A stretch of DNA of 62,927 nt, the filler included, from Gonapodya sp. JEL0774 (lineage: Eukaryota), in NCBI GenBank assembly GCA_027604505.1. It is 20 parts of 20 records of this genome, joined end to end, with 100 filler letters (N's around TTAATTAATTAA, not from the genome) between each part and the next. Parts side by side here need not be neighbours in the genome. Positions count along the whole stretch, not along the records: positions 22,119 to 25,173 come from JADIIX010001496.1; positions 25,274 to 28,327 come from JADIIX010001497.1; positions 28,428 to 31,479 come from JADIIX010001498.1; positions 31,580 to 34,629 come from JADIIX010001499.1; 16 more parts are not named here. One strand, 5' to 3'. The notes beneath the pieces were generated by a model that was not told the DNA's origin, ran no database searches, and saw only the letters and a program-made list of their open reading frames with translations. The position numbers and the translations under genes are program-made. Below, piece after piece: positions 23,912-34,729 of the stretch (its first letter is position 1; each line of letters begins with the position of its first letter).

Positions 23912-25173
23912 ATGTCTTCCCTCGCCCCCCTTCTGGCGACCCTTGAGTCCTACGGCTTCACATCACGCACTCCCCCTTCCCTAGACTGGGCGCTTTCCAT
24001 CCCTACCGTGTCGCGTCTGCTCCTTCATCTCGCCCAAGTACTTCCCCATGCCACTGAGCCGAGATTCGGGGTCGAGCCGGGCTTAGCCGTCCTGGATGAC
24101 GATGAATATGAAGCGTAGGTGATGTTTTCGGATCAATCAAAGCGGGAGGAGGTCTATTCAAGTCGTGGAATCTCGAACGGACTGTAGATATCAGCAGTTG
24201 CTCGCGATTCAACCCAATCTGCTTGATATACTCGTGAGTTTCAAAAGATTACTCTTCATCTTTGTTCTCGCCTGATAGTTATCTGAGTTGATTGGCTTAT
24301 GCAGCCACAGGACAATGCCAAGCTCGATGGTAGTCGAGACGCTCGTCCACAAGATGCACCGCCAAAGCCCTCCATCGAGCAACTGGACCGTCAAATGGAA
24401 CTGCTCCAACACCAACTCAAACATCTCACGTAGGTTTTTGTCCCCCGTACACTGACAAGTCTCAAATCTGACCATAGGAAATTGTCAAGTTCACAGCTGG
24501 AATTCCGAGAAGCCCAAGCGCGAGATCTCATAGCGTTTCAAAAGACGGCTGAAGCACAACTAAAGACGGTAGAATCTGACTTGAGTACGAGTACTCTGAA
24601 TGTGAGTTTGTTTAACGAATCGGTGCAAAGTAACCTCGTGAACTGATCACCCGCTTGTACAAGCTGGCATCCGCTTTGGAAAGACTAAACAAAGCGAGTA
24701 ATTCCTGGCGGACGGTGATTTCAGGCGACCAGACGCGATTTAGTGAGTTGAGTGGATATATATCCAGTGTGACACACCATCTAATACAAGCGGAATATTT
24801 GCAGCTCTGCCCGACACGGAAATCCACCCGGTATTTGGTGTAGAGAACGACAAAGATCAGCTTCCCATGGTGAGTGGTACTTTAGGTTCAGATAAGCAAA
24901 ACATCGCTGATTCTATTTACCTTCGCTGATTCTATTTACCTCTGCAAGATTCAAGGTGTGTGCACTGCACTAGATATTCATAGACACCTCCTAAATCCAT
25001 GAATTGGCTCGGCTTCACACGTCCACTTTCCTCAAAGATATGACCGATGAGATTCACCGCTTAACCTACCTGTGAGCGCCCACTTTGTCACACAGAAGCT
25101 GGCCCTCATATCACCCGGGAACACCATTGTTAACTCTTCTTCATAAAAGCTTGGCGCTCACCGCCCAATCAAA
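23912..25173 (+). CDS. Probable HAUS augmin subunit 3-like coiled-coil protein, 5' part
   Basis: LLATLESYGF..SLDWAL..LL.HL..VLDDDEYEA follows the HAUS3 N-terminal pattern, then coiled-coil exons. Confidence 0.45.
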
Positions 25174-25275
25174 NNNNNNNNNNNNNNNNNNNNNNNNNNN
25201 NNNNNNNNNNNNNNNNNTTAATTAATTAANNNNNNNNNNNNNNNNNNNNNNNNNNNNNNNNNNNNNNNNNNNNTT

Positions 25276-26640
25276 GTCCAGTTTGCTCAAGGTAATCCCA
25301 GGTTAGCAGTTTTGAGCACCATCAATTCGGTGAAGCGTGTGTACATACCGTATGCTCAGAGATATTGGTTTTACCTCGATGTCAATGAGTTAGGCACCGT
25401 CGATTTTTCCGAAAAGGATTTTCTTGAATTCCTATACCATATACTCCTTCGAAAAACAATTTCCAAAAAAGACATTCACGGTACTCCATCGCTGACTATT
25501 AGAAAATGTTTTCAGATTCTCATTGAACAATCGAGGTTTGGGGAGTTTTGTTGGCTCATACAACATCAGTTCACGCACGATAACCTTATTGATGATATCA
25601 TAACATTTGCAATGGCGACTGGGAAAGATGTTTCCTTGTATAATCAATTCATACGTGAGTCGAGCGCTAATGATGTATTGAATTCTTTTGTGCGGGTGTG
25701 TGCGGACTTTGTCCAAACGCACCGACTGATCGTGTCGATCGTCCCAGTTCTAATATGGATCAACAAAGATGGACTCGAAAAAGAGGTTCACAATTTTGAA
25801 CTTCAGTGCGAAGTGAGACCATTGTGTGCCCGGCTCGCGATGACTCGATTTCAGACGTTCGTGAGCTCAAATAGATACGACGACCTGCGCCGCGAGGTTG
25901 CTGCTTTGAAAGCTGATTTCTCGGATATCTTTGACTTGCAGACGTTTCGCCCAAGGAAATTCGTCTCAAAATGCATTAAAGTTTTGAAAGAAGCGGAGTC
26001 CGTTCTTAAAGAGGCATATGAGGATGCCAATCTCAGAGAAGAGAACGACAAGTCAAAATACGCATTTACTCAAGTATTGCTGGATTTGGGATACAGTAAA
26101 AAGGATGATTCATTCGATTATTCTTCACCCTCGAGCAGCTATCCCAAGCACATGGGTGATAGAACGTACAAATCAGAACAAAGAGACCGAGAAGAAAAAA
26201 GGGACGAAAAGCATAGTAATAAGAGGCGGTTTGAAGGCGATCAAGAAGAAAAACCGAGAAAGATAAAAATCGATGTGGAACAAGCACGTAAGGAAGCTAC
26301 CAAATTCATTCTTGGTTTGGCAAAGGCAAATACGACGACAGATATGCAAAAACAATGTAAAACTCTTGGCTTATCATACCATCCAGACAAAAACACGACT
26401 GGTGACCCGAGTGTTTGGAACGAGCGATTTCAGTGCATTAATCAAGCTTGCAAATGCAACAAGGCTGATGAAGAAAGCAACAGCTGGTGTAAATCATTCA
26501 AGCTTCGTCAAGATGATTGCAAACGTGTCTTTTCATCTTCTCGTCACCAGAAAGCAGGCAGGGCGTGGTCGAGAAGTGGGTCAGCTGGTCGGAGGAAAAG
26601 ATCGTTTCGTTCAGCAACATTTCAGACAGAGAACACTTGA
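25276..26640 (+). CDS. Intronless orphan protein with a C-terminal J-domain-like (HPD) module and basic tail, 5'-truncated, virus-like
   Basis: Frame is open from the contig edge. MQKQCKTLGLSYHPDKN...NERFQCINQA is DnaJ helix II-HPD-helix III. Confidence 0.75.
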   Translation, partial: VQFAQGNPRLAVLSTINSVKRVYIPYAQRYWFYLDVNELGTVDFSEKDFLEFLYHILLRKTISKKDIHGTPSLTIRKCFQILIEQSRFGEFCWLIQHQFTHDNLIDDIITFAMATGKDVSLYNQFIRESSANDVLNSFVRVCADFVQTHRLIVSIVPVLIWINKDGLEKEVHNFELQCEVRPLCARLAMTRFQTFVSSNRYDDLRREVAALKADFSDIFDLQTFRPRKFVSKCIKVLKEAESVLKEAYEDANLREENDKSKYAFTQVLLDLGYSKKDDSFDYSSPSSSYPKHMGDRTYKSEQRDREEKRDEKHSNKRRFEGDQEEKPRKIKIDVEQARKEATKFILGLAKANTTTDMQKQCKTLGLSYHPDKNTTGDPSVWNERFQCINQACKCNKADEESNSWCKSFKLRQDDCKRVFSSSRHQKAGRAWSRSGSAGRRKRSFRSATFQTENT

Positions 26641-27905
26641 AACGCTCGTGAAAACGCATGAGCGTCTTGAACGACGCCGCTCGCTGTGGACGAGGCATAC
26701 TTCATCGTTGTTGTTTGACGGACATCACGTCCTACACTCCAAAACGATAGGCCCGTGATAGGGTAGTCGCATGACTGCTGTTCGACTTGCTTGCACCATG
26801 TTACGAGATCGCGTGCGTCGTTTAAACTAAATATCTCGGTCCATACGTCGTTCGTGCCTATCATCGGAATAAGTCTAATAACGGTTGTTACAGGTAGCCC
26901 TGCATTATGTAACTGGAGCTGAACTGCCTTGGCGGCATTCTGGGCGGCCTTCGCCATGGATCCTGATGTGGGAGGCCATGCGGAGTCACCGTAATCCATG
27001 GTCATCAACGATACCTCGTCCACACGCACTCCGTTCGCAAGGGCATTTTCGAGCAATGCTACTCCACCTGCTGTGAGTCCGGTTGGGAGTACAGGCAGTG
27101 TGTAGCTGATTCTTAGCTTCGACTCGGTGACGTATTGTTTTTGAAGCTGGGCGATTGCCTTGTTTCGACGATCGACGCTTGCTTTTTCTTCCACGGCTGC
27201 CCCTTCGATGTCAAAGTCAATGCGACGCAACGAATACATGTCTATAACTGATTTATAAGCGGTCACAAGGTCTTGCACAGAGGTCGTTGTTGCTTGAGCG
27301 AGTTCGACGCCGTTTGCCCCACCAAACGATATTCCGACATCACCTCCGTTTGCCCGGAGTGTGTTAATCTGTGTGACTAACAGGCGGCTGTCGATGGGTG
27401 TTACACCACCCCAAGCGGGTACGACGGAACCCGACGTCTGTTTCATCGACGTCACGAATGCAAGCATGTACCACTTTTGACCCGACGACGACGCAAGTGA
27501 TACCAAATCAGGAGTTGGCCACGCAGTTGCATCTACATATGGGACAAAATTGCGCGGACTTGTGAATGGTCCTCGAATATCGGGATTTATAGGAATCAGC
27601 GGTGGATCTATTTGGATGAATGTGAAATCTGTTGTGGCGGGTGAAGGGCCACTCCCGCCAAACAGCACCTTGATTGTTGAGTTTGGTCGCAATACGGGCG
27701 ACCAGCTCTTCATTTGGAGTTGTGAGGTGGACGTGTCGATTTTGAACTGAGACGACCAAGTGATCTTCGTTGTAGGGTCTTTTGATTTTAACTGTACAGC
27801 GTACTGGTGAATGGAAGTGTCGGTTGATGTATTTGTGATGCTCAACACCGCATCGTAGCCAGACGACCACTGACTCGTAATTGAACACTGTAAAGTGACG
27901 ACCAT
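26622..27905 (-). CDS. Chitinase: N-terminal CBM2-like domain plus GH18 catalytic domain, bacterial/viral type, intronless, no signal peptide
   Basis: QWSSGYDAVLSITN (CBM2-like); FVPYVD, LAFV, PAWGG, GGDVGISFGGANG, catalytic IDFDIE, YTLPVLPTGL, LMTMDYG, PMIG.ND and LSFWSV.RD. Confidence 0.93.
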   Translation of the reverse strand: MVVTLQCSITSQWSSGYDAVLSITNTSTDTSIHQYAVQLKSKDPTTKITWSSQFKIDTSTSQLQMKSWSPVLRPNSTIKVLFGGSGPSPATTDFTFIQIDPPLIPINPDIRGPFTSPRNFVPYVDATAWPTPDLVSLASSSGQKWYMLAFVTSMKQTSGSVVPAWGGVTPIDSRLLVTQINTLRANGGDVGISFGGANGVELAQATTTSVQDLVTAYKSVIDMYSLRRIDFDIEGAAVEEKASVDRRNKAIAQLQKQYVTESKLRISYTLPVLPTGLTAGGVALLENALANGVRVDEVSLMTMDYGDSAWPPTSGSMAKAAQNAAKAVQLQLHNAGLPVTTVIRLIPMIGTNDVWTEIFSLNDARDLVTWCKQVEQQSCDYPITGLSFWSVGRDVRQTTTMKYASSTASGVVQDAHAFSRAFQVFSV

Positions 27906-27937
27906 CGAATAGGTTTGACCAATTACTCACCGAATAT

Positions 27938-27945
27938 AAAAATGA
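27938..27945 (+). promoter_or_regulatory. AAAAATGA motif resembling the giant-virus early promoter (mimivirus AAAATTGA)
   Basis: Lies in the 43-bp gap between divergent ORFs, about 50 nt upstream of the second Met (MWRRRRA) of the F-box ORF. Short motif that could be chance. Confidence 0.3.
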
Positions 27946-27948
27946 TCA

Positions 27949-28327
27949 ATGCGGCGATTGCTTTTTGTGCTGTCTCGAACATCACAAAAGACTATGTGGC
28001 GGAGACGGAGAGCCAGTCTCGACATGCCCAATGAGATTTGGGAGCACTTCACAGACAGTATGACAGAACAGGAAATTGAGAATCTAAGACATGTGAACAG
28101 ACATTTGAAAACATTACTCCGCGTTCCATCACACAAGTTACTACGATGGTCACGTCGGACGTTCAACGACGTTGTGACGCTAAAACAAGAGATCGACAAG
28201 GCGTATAGGGATCGCAGAACTGACATTCTCGTTGTCAATGCATGTTGCAGTGCAATGATCACGATCTGTCCGACTCTCAACGCAAATAACACTCCTGATT
28301 GTCAATGGAATGTGTTTACACGCCTTC
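27949..28327 (+). CDS. F-box-like protein, intronless, 3'-truncated
   Basis: LDMPNEIWEHFTDSMTEQEIENLRHVNRHLKTL fits the F-box pattern L.LP.EI...I...L....l..l..V.r. Confidence 0.6.
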
Positions 28328-28427
28328 NNNNNNNNNNNNNNNNNNNNNNNNNNNNNNNNNNNNNNNNNNNNTTAATTAATTAANNNNNNNNNNNNNNNNN
28401 NNNNNNNNNNNNNNNNNNNNNNNNNNN

Positions 28428-28742
28428 TCTGACGTTCGTTGCACTATACACACTCATCAATCCACCCAGACCCCCTACCTCCGCGACTGGGAAGAAAACC
28501 GCGGGGAGGAAATCAAATCTCTCACTGCACAGGGCATCGCCCCGCATGATTTCGAGTCGGACCGGCGGGCAGCGGAGGGCACGCTCACCACTGACTGGCT
28601 GGTCGGTTCCGCGCGGTTCCCGATGGGCCAGACGGCCGGGGCGGTGGATGAGATTCTACCAGTGAGGCAGATTTTGTGGGATATTGTCACAGGTGCCGTG
28701 GAGAGGGTCAAGGAGGTAGGGGGGAAGGTCGCTAAGCTCTGA
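28428..28742 (+). CDS. Nitronate monooxygenase (2-nitropropane dioxygenase) family, last exon
   Basis: TPYLRDWEENRGEEIKSLTAQGI and MGQTAGAVDEILPVRQI..DIV.GA. Confidence 0.75.
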   Translation, partial: SDVRCTIHTHQSTQTPYLRDWEENRGEEIKSLTAQGIAPHDFESDRRAAEGTLTTDWLVGSARFPMGQTAGAVDEILPVRQILWDIVTGAVERVKEVGGKVAKL

Positions 28743-29189
28743 GTACTTACGAACAAAGGCCACAACGTCGAGTTAGGTGCGCTTTCATGAGTGGGTGTGC
28801 ATGTCCTAAGGTTGATGGACATTTTCTTTTGTATGATCGGAGTTTCCCGGACTCGGTTTGTGTCATGAGCATGATCGGTCGTTCTTGAAATATGGAAGGG
28901 GCCACTGACAACTGTGCCGTGATGACTCAAACCCTAATGATGGAGTGAATAAATTCCAATTTCCATCCTATTGGTAGTTCTGAATATGGTATTGCAGTCA
29001 GTCAGAGGCGATTCTCTCATCAAACCGACTCCTGGCGCGAAGCTTCCACACGGACTGCACTGGGTCGCCTCGCGATCGCCTTTTCGACCTCAACACTATC
29101 TTCACGGGGTCTTGCGGAGGACTCCAACCGCTGGAATTCTTTGGGACAGTGCACGGTCACGATTCAAGGGCGAAGTGTGATTTGTGAAC

Positions 29190-31400
29190 ATATTATGTTG
29201 AAATTGCGACCAACGTCACTTACTTTGGAAAGTGTTCTCGTAGAGTAAGCTGAGGTTAGTACAGTAACAAATGAGCTTTCGTATTAACCTGCTAATTCAT
29301 CTCATGACATCCTGCAACTGAACTCACGTAATGGCCTCCACGCGGCATTGATCAAACATTTCGATGGTATACTTCTGTTCGCGTACTCTGTTTCGGGCAT
29401 CCTCTGCAACGCCGTACGAGAGATTGAGCTCGTTCATCGCTCCTGGTTTAATAAACTCATCGAACAAGTCCAGCCACTTGTCCTGAATATCGCGTGGCAC
29501 TTCACGTGAATCCGAGTCGGAAAGCAGACGCTCCCATACTGGTGGCCATTTCTGGCTCCCACGGGACTGGGGGGGTAGTGCTTGCATGCTCTCTAAAAGA
29601 GGCTGTCGGTCGATAGACTTCCGGGCTGTAAAATGAAAGTCGCACCATCAGTCGTAACTTGGGAAGGTCTGCAGGCGAACGGTTCTCTTACATTTGGTAG
29701 CAGTGTTTTTTGAGCAAATAATCTTCGCCGTGGCTTCCTGCAGTTTTTGTAGTTCCTCCACGAAAATCTTAGGATGTATCGCTAGATGAACTATTCGTAT
29801 GTATCACGAAGGCAGAAAAGAAGGAATCTCACTGCGTTTTCCACTGTGTCGGGATCAAGAGTGCTTTGAGAAACGACAAAGAAGACGGAAGCGCGAAAGA
29901 TCACTCCAATACCTGTGAAGTCAGTTGCCGCAAACTTCTTGAAGTCATTCCAGTGACGTAGATCTCGAGAGCTTCCACTTGCGTACAACATTTTCCCAAA
30001 CTTGTGGCTGTCCTCCTGCGTTGATCGGCCTTTCCGAAAGATGTTATCTGGTGTGAAGGGATCATGGATATGGAAACGGATCCGATGCTACAAACACTGA
30101 CGACGACGTCGCATCTCACTTTGGATAGCCTCTGCAACGGGGAGTACAAGAGCTGATGTGTGGACAACAATGACGAGAAACGTGTTCCACAATGTTGCAT
30201 TGATGTACGGAAAGATGTTGGGGAAGTTTTTCTCCACTTCCATGGCATCAAAGCTCATACTGCCGAGAAAAAGTACTATAGTGGTGATAAGCTGAGAAAG
30301 ATTGTGGTTGCAGAAAGGTTTGACTTTAGCGACTTGTGTAGGGTCCATGAACAAAGAACTCACTGTAGTGAAGATGTCTCGCCGAATGTGATGAGCGTCT
30401 GAAAGATCAAGTCTTGAATGAATGTAGAGTTCGGGCACCACAATTATGCAAGGAAGCCACCTTTGGTCTTCCGAAGCATCCAGATCGCAAACGGACTCGA
30501 CAGTATAAAAAGAGCTGCGACTGCCAACAACACTGGAATATGTTCCGGTGAAGTTGTCTGACATTTCACAGTTGGACTTTGTATGAGGTATACTATTGCC
30601 GTGGAGAGCAAAACGCCTGCGACCATTAAAATTGTAACCAGGATCATTGTTCTGTCCGTCAACCGATCCTGCGGTGCAGTGCGGTTCTTACATCCGGCGA
30701 ACGTCAGAATTCACTATGGTGTGACTCACTTTGTATCGCAGCAGAATGTGCGCGCGCCTCCGTTGTGGAGATGAGGTGGTTGCGACAAAATTCGAGGGCT
30801 CTTCTATCGCCAAACTGTGCTTCGCCGAGTCGTTGAGCAGAAGTTGATTGGCGGTGATATTCATGTAAAGAAATACTGCTCGAACAAGGAGACAAAGATA
30901 GAAAATTGCTGTTCCTGTGTCCGTAAATCAGCACCACTCATTGATTTTGTGTCACAGGACGATGACGGAACAATTACCTGCATGGAGTACGATGTAGTCG
31001 ACAAAGCTCAAGCAAGGTTTGTCAATCTTTCTCCAAATTGCCGTGCAATGTCACGGAGAAGTCGGTTATCGAATGCAATGATCCCGCCTGAAGAGTTCAA
31101 ATGACGTACCAGCACTACGCTGTGACCATTTATTAAACCCCAAACCAAACCAATTTCCTGCAGAAAAATCATCCCAAAAGATCTGCTTCGAATTTCATCT
31201 TTGTGCATGTTCTCGCTTGTTGGTGTTCGTCTTCAAGGATGGATTACACCATGAATCGATTCCACTTACGCGTTTTCCGCAACCACACGAATGCACAAAA
31301 GGACACTGAAGAGCCAAAATGCAGATATCAAGTTATCCGAAAAGTAATGTGGTTATAATCGTACCAAACCAGTAAACGAGGGTACCTCCAAATGTGAGGA
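29190..31400 (-). CDS. Multi-TM protein with C-terminal RGS domain (GprK/AtRGS1-like architecture)
   Basis: TM exons (IRSRSFGMIF; MTDRTMILVTILMVAGVLL), then FKKFAATDFT-VENAIF.EE and FDEFIKPGAMNELNLS...MFDQCRVE..LLYENTF. Boundaries are approximate. Confidence 0.75.
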
Positions 31401-31579
31401 GGCAAACTGGCCCGCATCGATAGACTTGGAGGAACGTAGATCCAGGCGGAATTGGAGCTAGGTGAGGTGGGGCATCAGANNNNNNNNNNNNNNNNNNNNN
31501 NNNNNNNNNNNNNNNNNNNNNNNTTAATTAATTAANNNNNNNNNNNNNNNNNNNNNNNNNNNNNNNNNNNNNNNNNNNN

Positions 31580-32844
31580 GACATGCTCAAGAAACTTCGA
31601 TTTGTCCAGAAGGAAAAGAGGACTCCCGTAAGTTGTTCCACTGCACTGATATTCCTGTTGTGACAACTTGACTCATACGACCTGTCTGACACGCCTGTCG
31701 CCATCTCTCCGGGAATGCTCGCAGGCTCGATGGGCGCTGTTCATGCAGATCTCCCTGCTCCTTACGACACTTCCCGGAACTCTGATGACCATGGTATGCT
31801 ACGCAACGGGTACCAGTGAATACGACCCGGTAAAATTTGGCGAGGGAGTCGAACTGGTTCGTCCAACTTCAGCCATTTCAAGGTCGATGACTATTGGCTC
31901 TACAAAATCCAGACTTAGATGATGTCACACTCTTCCAGTCTCCCTATGCTCTCTCCACTCTCCTCTTTAACATCCACGAATCTATCTACGTCGCACTGTA
32001 CGCCCAAGCCTTCACGAACCTCCTCAAAGCTCACGAAGTCCCATCCGCGCCATTCAACACTCTCATCTACGCCTTCGACACCATCCTCACACTTGTTAGC
32101 TTAACAGCTGCAACAGCCCGATTTGGGTACCTCGCTCAGTCCCCTGGAAATAAAGCATGGAGTGTGGCGCCCTATCAGGAGGGGTACGACCCGGGTGCAG
32201 CGGTGTGGTCGTTTGTCATGTTTGGGAGTATTGGCATATTATGGGCGCTGAGAACCATTTTAGAGTCTAGGAGGAGGATGGATAGGGATCTAGGAATATT
32301 CGGATTGGTCTTGGGAGCGGTGTACGTGAGTACACTCTTGGGGAAACACTTCCAGGAGACCTCATGCCTGCACATGCAGAACCTCACCTCCCGTACTTCC
32401 TCAATCGATGTCTCCGTGCCTCCGTGCTTCACCAGGTCTCCTCCTATTTTTTCGCCCGCTTCGTGCACATGCACCCCCTGGTGCAAAACCTTCGCACAAG
32501 TGAGTGGTGATCGGAAGTCAAGATTGCTAGGCCAGCAGCCTTTGACTCATTAATATGTCTGTGTTGCCGCTGCACGCACCCCATGTGAACAGTGGTGTAC
32601 TCCACATATCTCTTTGCTGGGTAAGTCCGATCTGTCTGCATTCGCTGTCTCGGTCTTCTTAGCCCATCGTTCCCTCAACCCTGTACCACGCTGCCGCAGC
32701 TATCTCATACAAGAACCATTCTTTTCCCGGCTCACTCCGACGGCTGCCTATACGCCTGACCCAGCTGCCGCAAAGAACAGACAGGAACGCCGTGCAGGCG
32801 AAAAGGAGGCAGAAAAGAAGAGTAAAGGGAAGAAGTCAAACTGA
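31580..32844 (+). CDS. Unidentified multi-pass membrane protein, 3' part, Lys-rich C-terminus
   Basis: Several hydrophobic segments in the 31894-32330 ORF, short introns, ends KKSKGKKSN*. Confidence 0.55.
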
Positions 32845-33068
32845 GGTCGAGAGTGAGGTGCCGGTCGGTCACTAATAACACAGCCAGGTTGGTCGGGAAC
32901 GGTGGCGTCCGACCCAGAATATAGTGCGCTACATAGTGACGACACCACCATCGCAAATAATATGGTCGATCTTGCAGTTCGACACACCGAAAAAAATATA
33001 CAGGCGAAGACGTGCAATCGATCACAGGAGTGAAACTAGGGGAGCGCGTACATTGCACACAACTATGA

Positions 33069-33413
33069 TTGATGATACAAGAAAATTTGGTACTCAGGTG
33101 TTACGTATCTCGAGAGTATGATGTGATTGCTGGGCGGGGTGCGCACGTAGATTACCCGTTGAATGTTGTGAGTGAGGGGGACCAAAACGCTCCTTGCAAC
33201 AAGTGCCGAACAAAGTACAGGCCCAACCAGCTCTGCATCTCTCTATTCTGCCTCTATCATGATATCAGCGTCCCAATACTTGACCTCCATGCTCATGTCT
33301 TCCGTATGGCCATGTACTGCAATGCCGAGTGTCAAAAGCGGCGCTGGAAGTTCCACAAAGCAATGTGTCGAGAGGACTTTTGGAATGTGGAAGGTATCCT
33401 GCCGGCACAGTGA
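33069..33413 (+). CDS. Small MYND-type zinc finger protein or fragment
   Basis: CNKC ... YCNAECQKRRWKFHKAMC. Confidence 0.6.
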   Translation: MMIQENLVLRCYVSREYDVIAGRGAHVDYPLNVVSEGDQNAPCNKCRTKYRPNQLCISLFCLYHDISVPILDLHAHVFRMAMYCNAECQKRRWKFHKAMCREDFWNVEGILPAQ

Positions 33414-34729
33414 TGTTGAGAGGGAACAATTCGACATTAGGCCAAGGCAATATGGGGGATGAACATGCCGTATTTCCTTTGAAGACAAGTTGGTTGATGT
33501 ACTCCATATCATAAAACTAGTCCATTACAGTAGATCAGCTTCTGGTACGCTTCACAAGGACAAGTTCAAGTCCCACGCTCCAAACTCCACGTTATTTGAA
33601 TACAATGGCGGACAAATGCCGACTTAGAGCCCCAACACAACCACCAACACCAACATCGCGAGCAACATGGATGACGGAATCACCGACGAAAACCTAGCAT
33701 GTACATGCGAATTGGAATACGCATCACTGTAGTTGAAAAGGAGTCCCTCGAGCAACGGGCGCTTCAACTCACCCTTGGTTCGCTTTGGGAGCTGCAGTGA
33801 TAGAGGCAGCAGCGGCCGCAGCAGTTGATGCAGCAGTTGATGCGCCAGATGCGCCCGTGGACGTGTCAGGCGTGTCGCCGATTGGTTTTTCGACGGCGCC
33901 CGTGGGAAGAGCTATGGTTGGATAGGTATGTCGGTGCCCGGTGGGTTGCAAGAGGTTATCGAGACGAGGTTGAGATCAACGTCCACCTCCTTGCTTCAAC
34001 CACACTATAAAAAATGATATACGAACCAGCTGCGGTGGTGGTTGTGGTCTTGAAGACGAAGATATCGCTTGTCGCCGATGCGAACACGGGGGGCGGCGGT
34101 GGGGGCGCTAGGTGCATGGGCAATCATGAGATTGATCGACTATGTCGACCCGAACTCCCGACATTCTTTTCAACTCACGAGGTGGCGGGGGAGGCGAGCG
34201 AGGTGGGGGTGGAGGTGGAGGCGGAGCTAGAGAGAAGTGTGACGCGTTGCTGGTTAGGCAGATGTTTCGTCGTGGGTACACTAATGTTACAAATTGCCGG
34301 TCAAAAACGTACTCGAAGATGGTGGCGGGGGTGGAGGATCTATTGGAAGGACGATTCAGCGTTTACTCAATCGAAACTGGTTCGGAAATGTGAACAATAG
34401 TTGCTCGATGACACTCACAGTACGTTGGGGGCGGGGGAGGAGAGGATCCACCACACGGAAGATCGTAGCATTTGCCGTTACAGACGTAAGGGTACCCCAC
34501 TGAGATGGAAAGCGCGAGTAAGAACAGTGATCACGCCACAGTGTCAACACCCAGGCGGCTTCCAGATGTCAGAGTCTCACCTTCGCAACATTCCCCAGTA
34601 CTACGGATACACGTTTCTCCCGCATAGCANNNNNNNNNNNNNNNNNNNNNNNNNNNNNNNNNNNNNNNNNNNNTTAATTAATTAANNNNNNNNNNNNNNN
34701 NNNNNNNNNNNNNNNNNNNNNNNNNNNNN

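Noticed and set aside
24904..24941. Perfect 19-bp tandem duplication TCGCTGATTCTATTTACCT
   Set aside because: It lies inside an intron; simple slippage or an assembly artefact.
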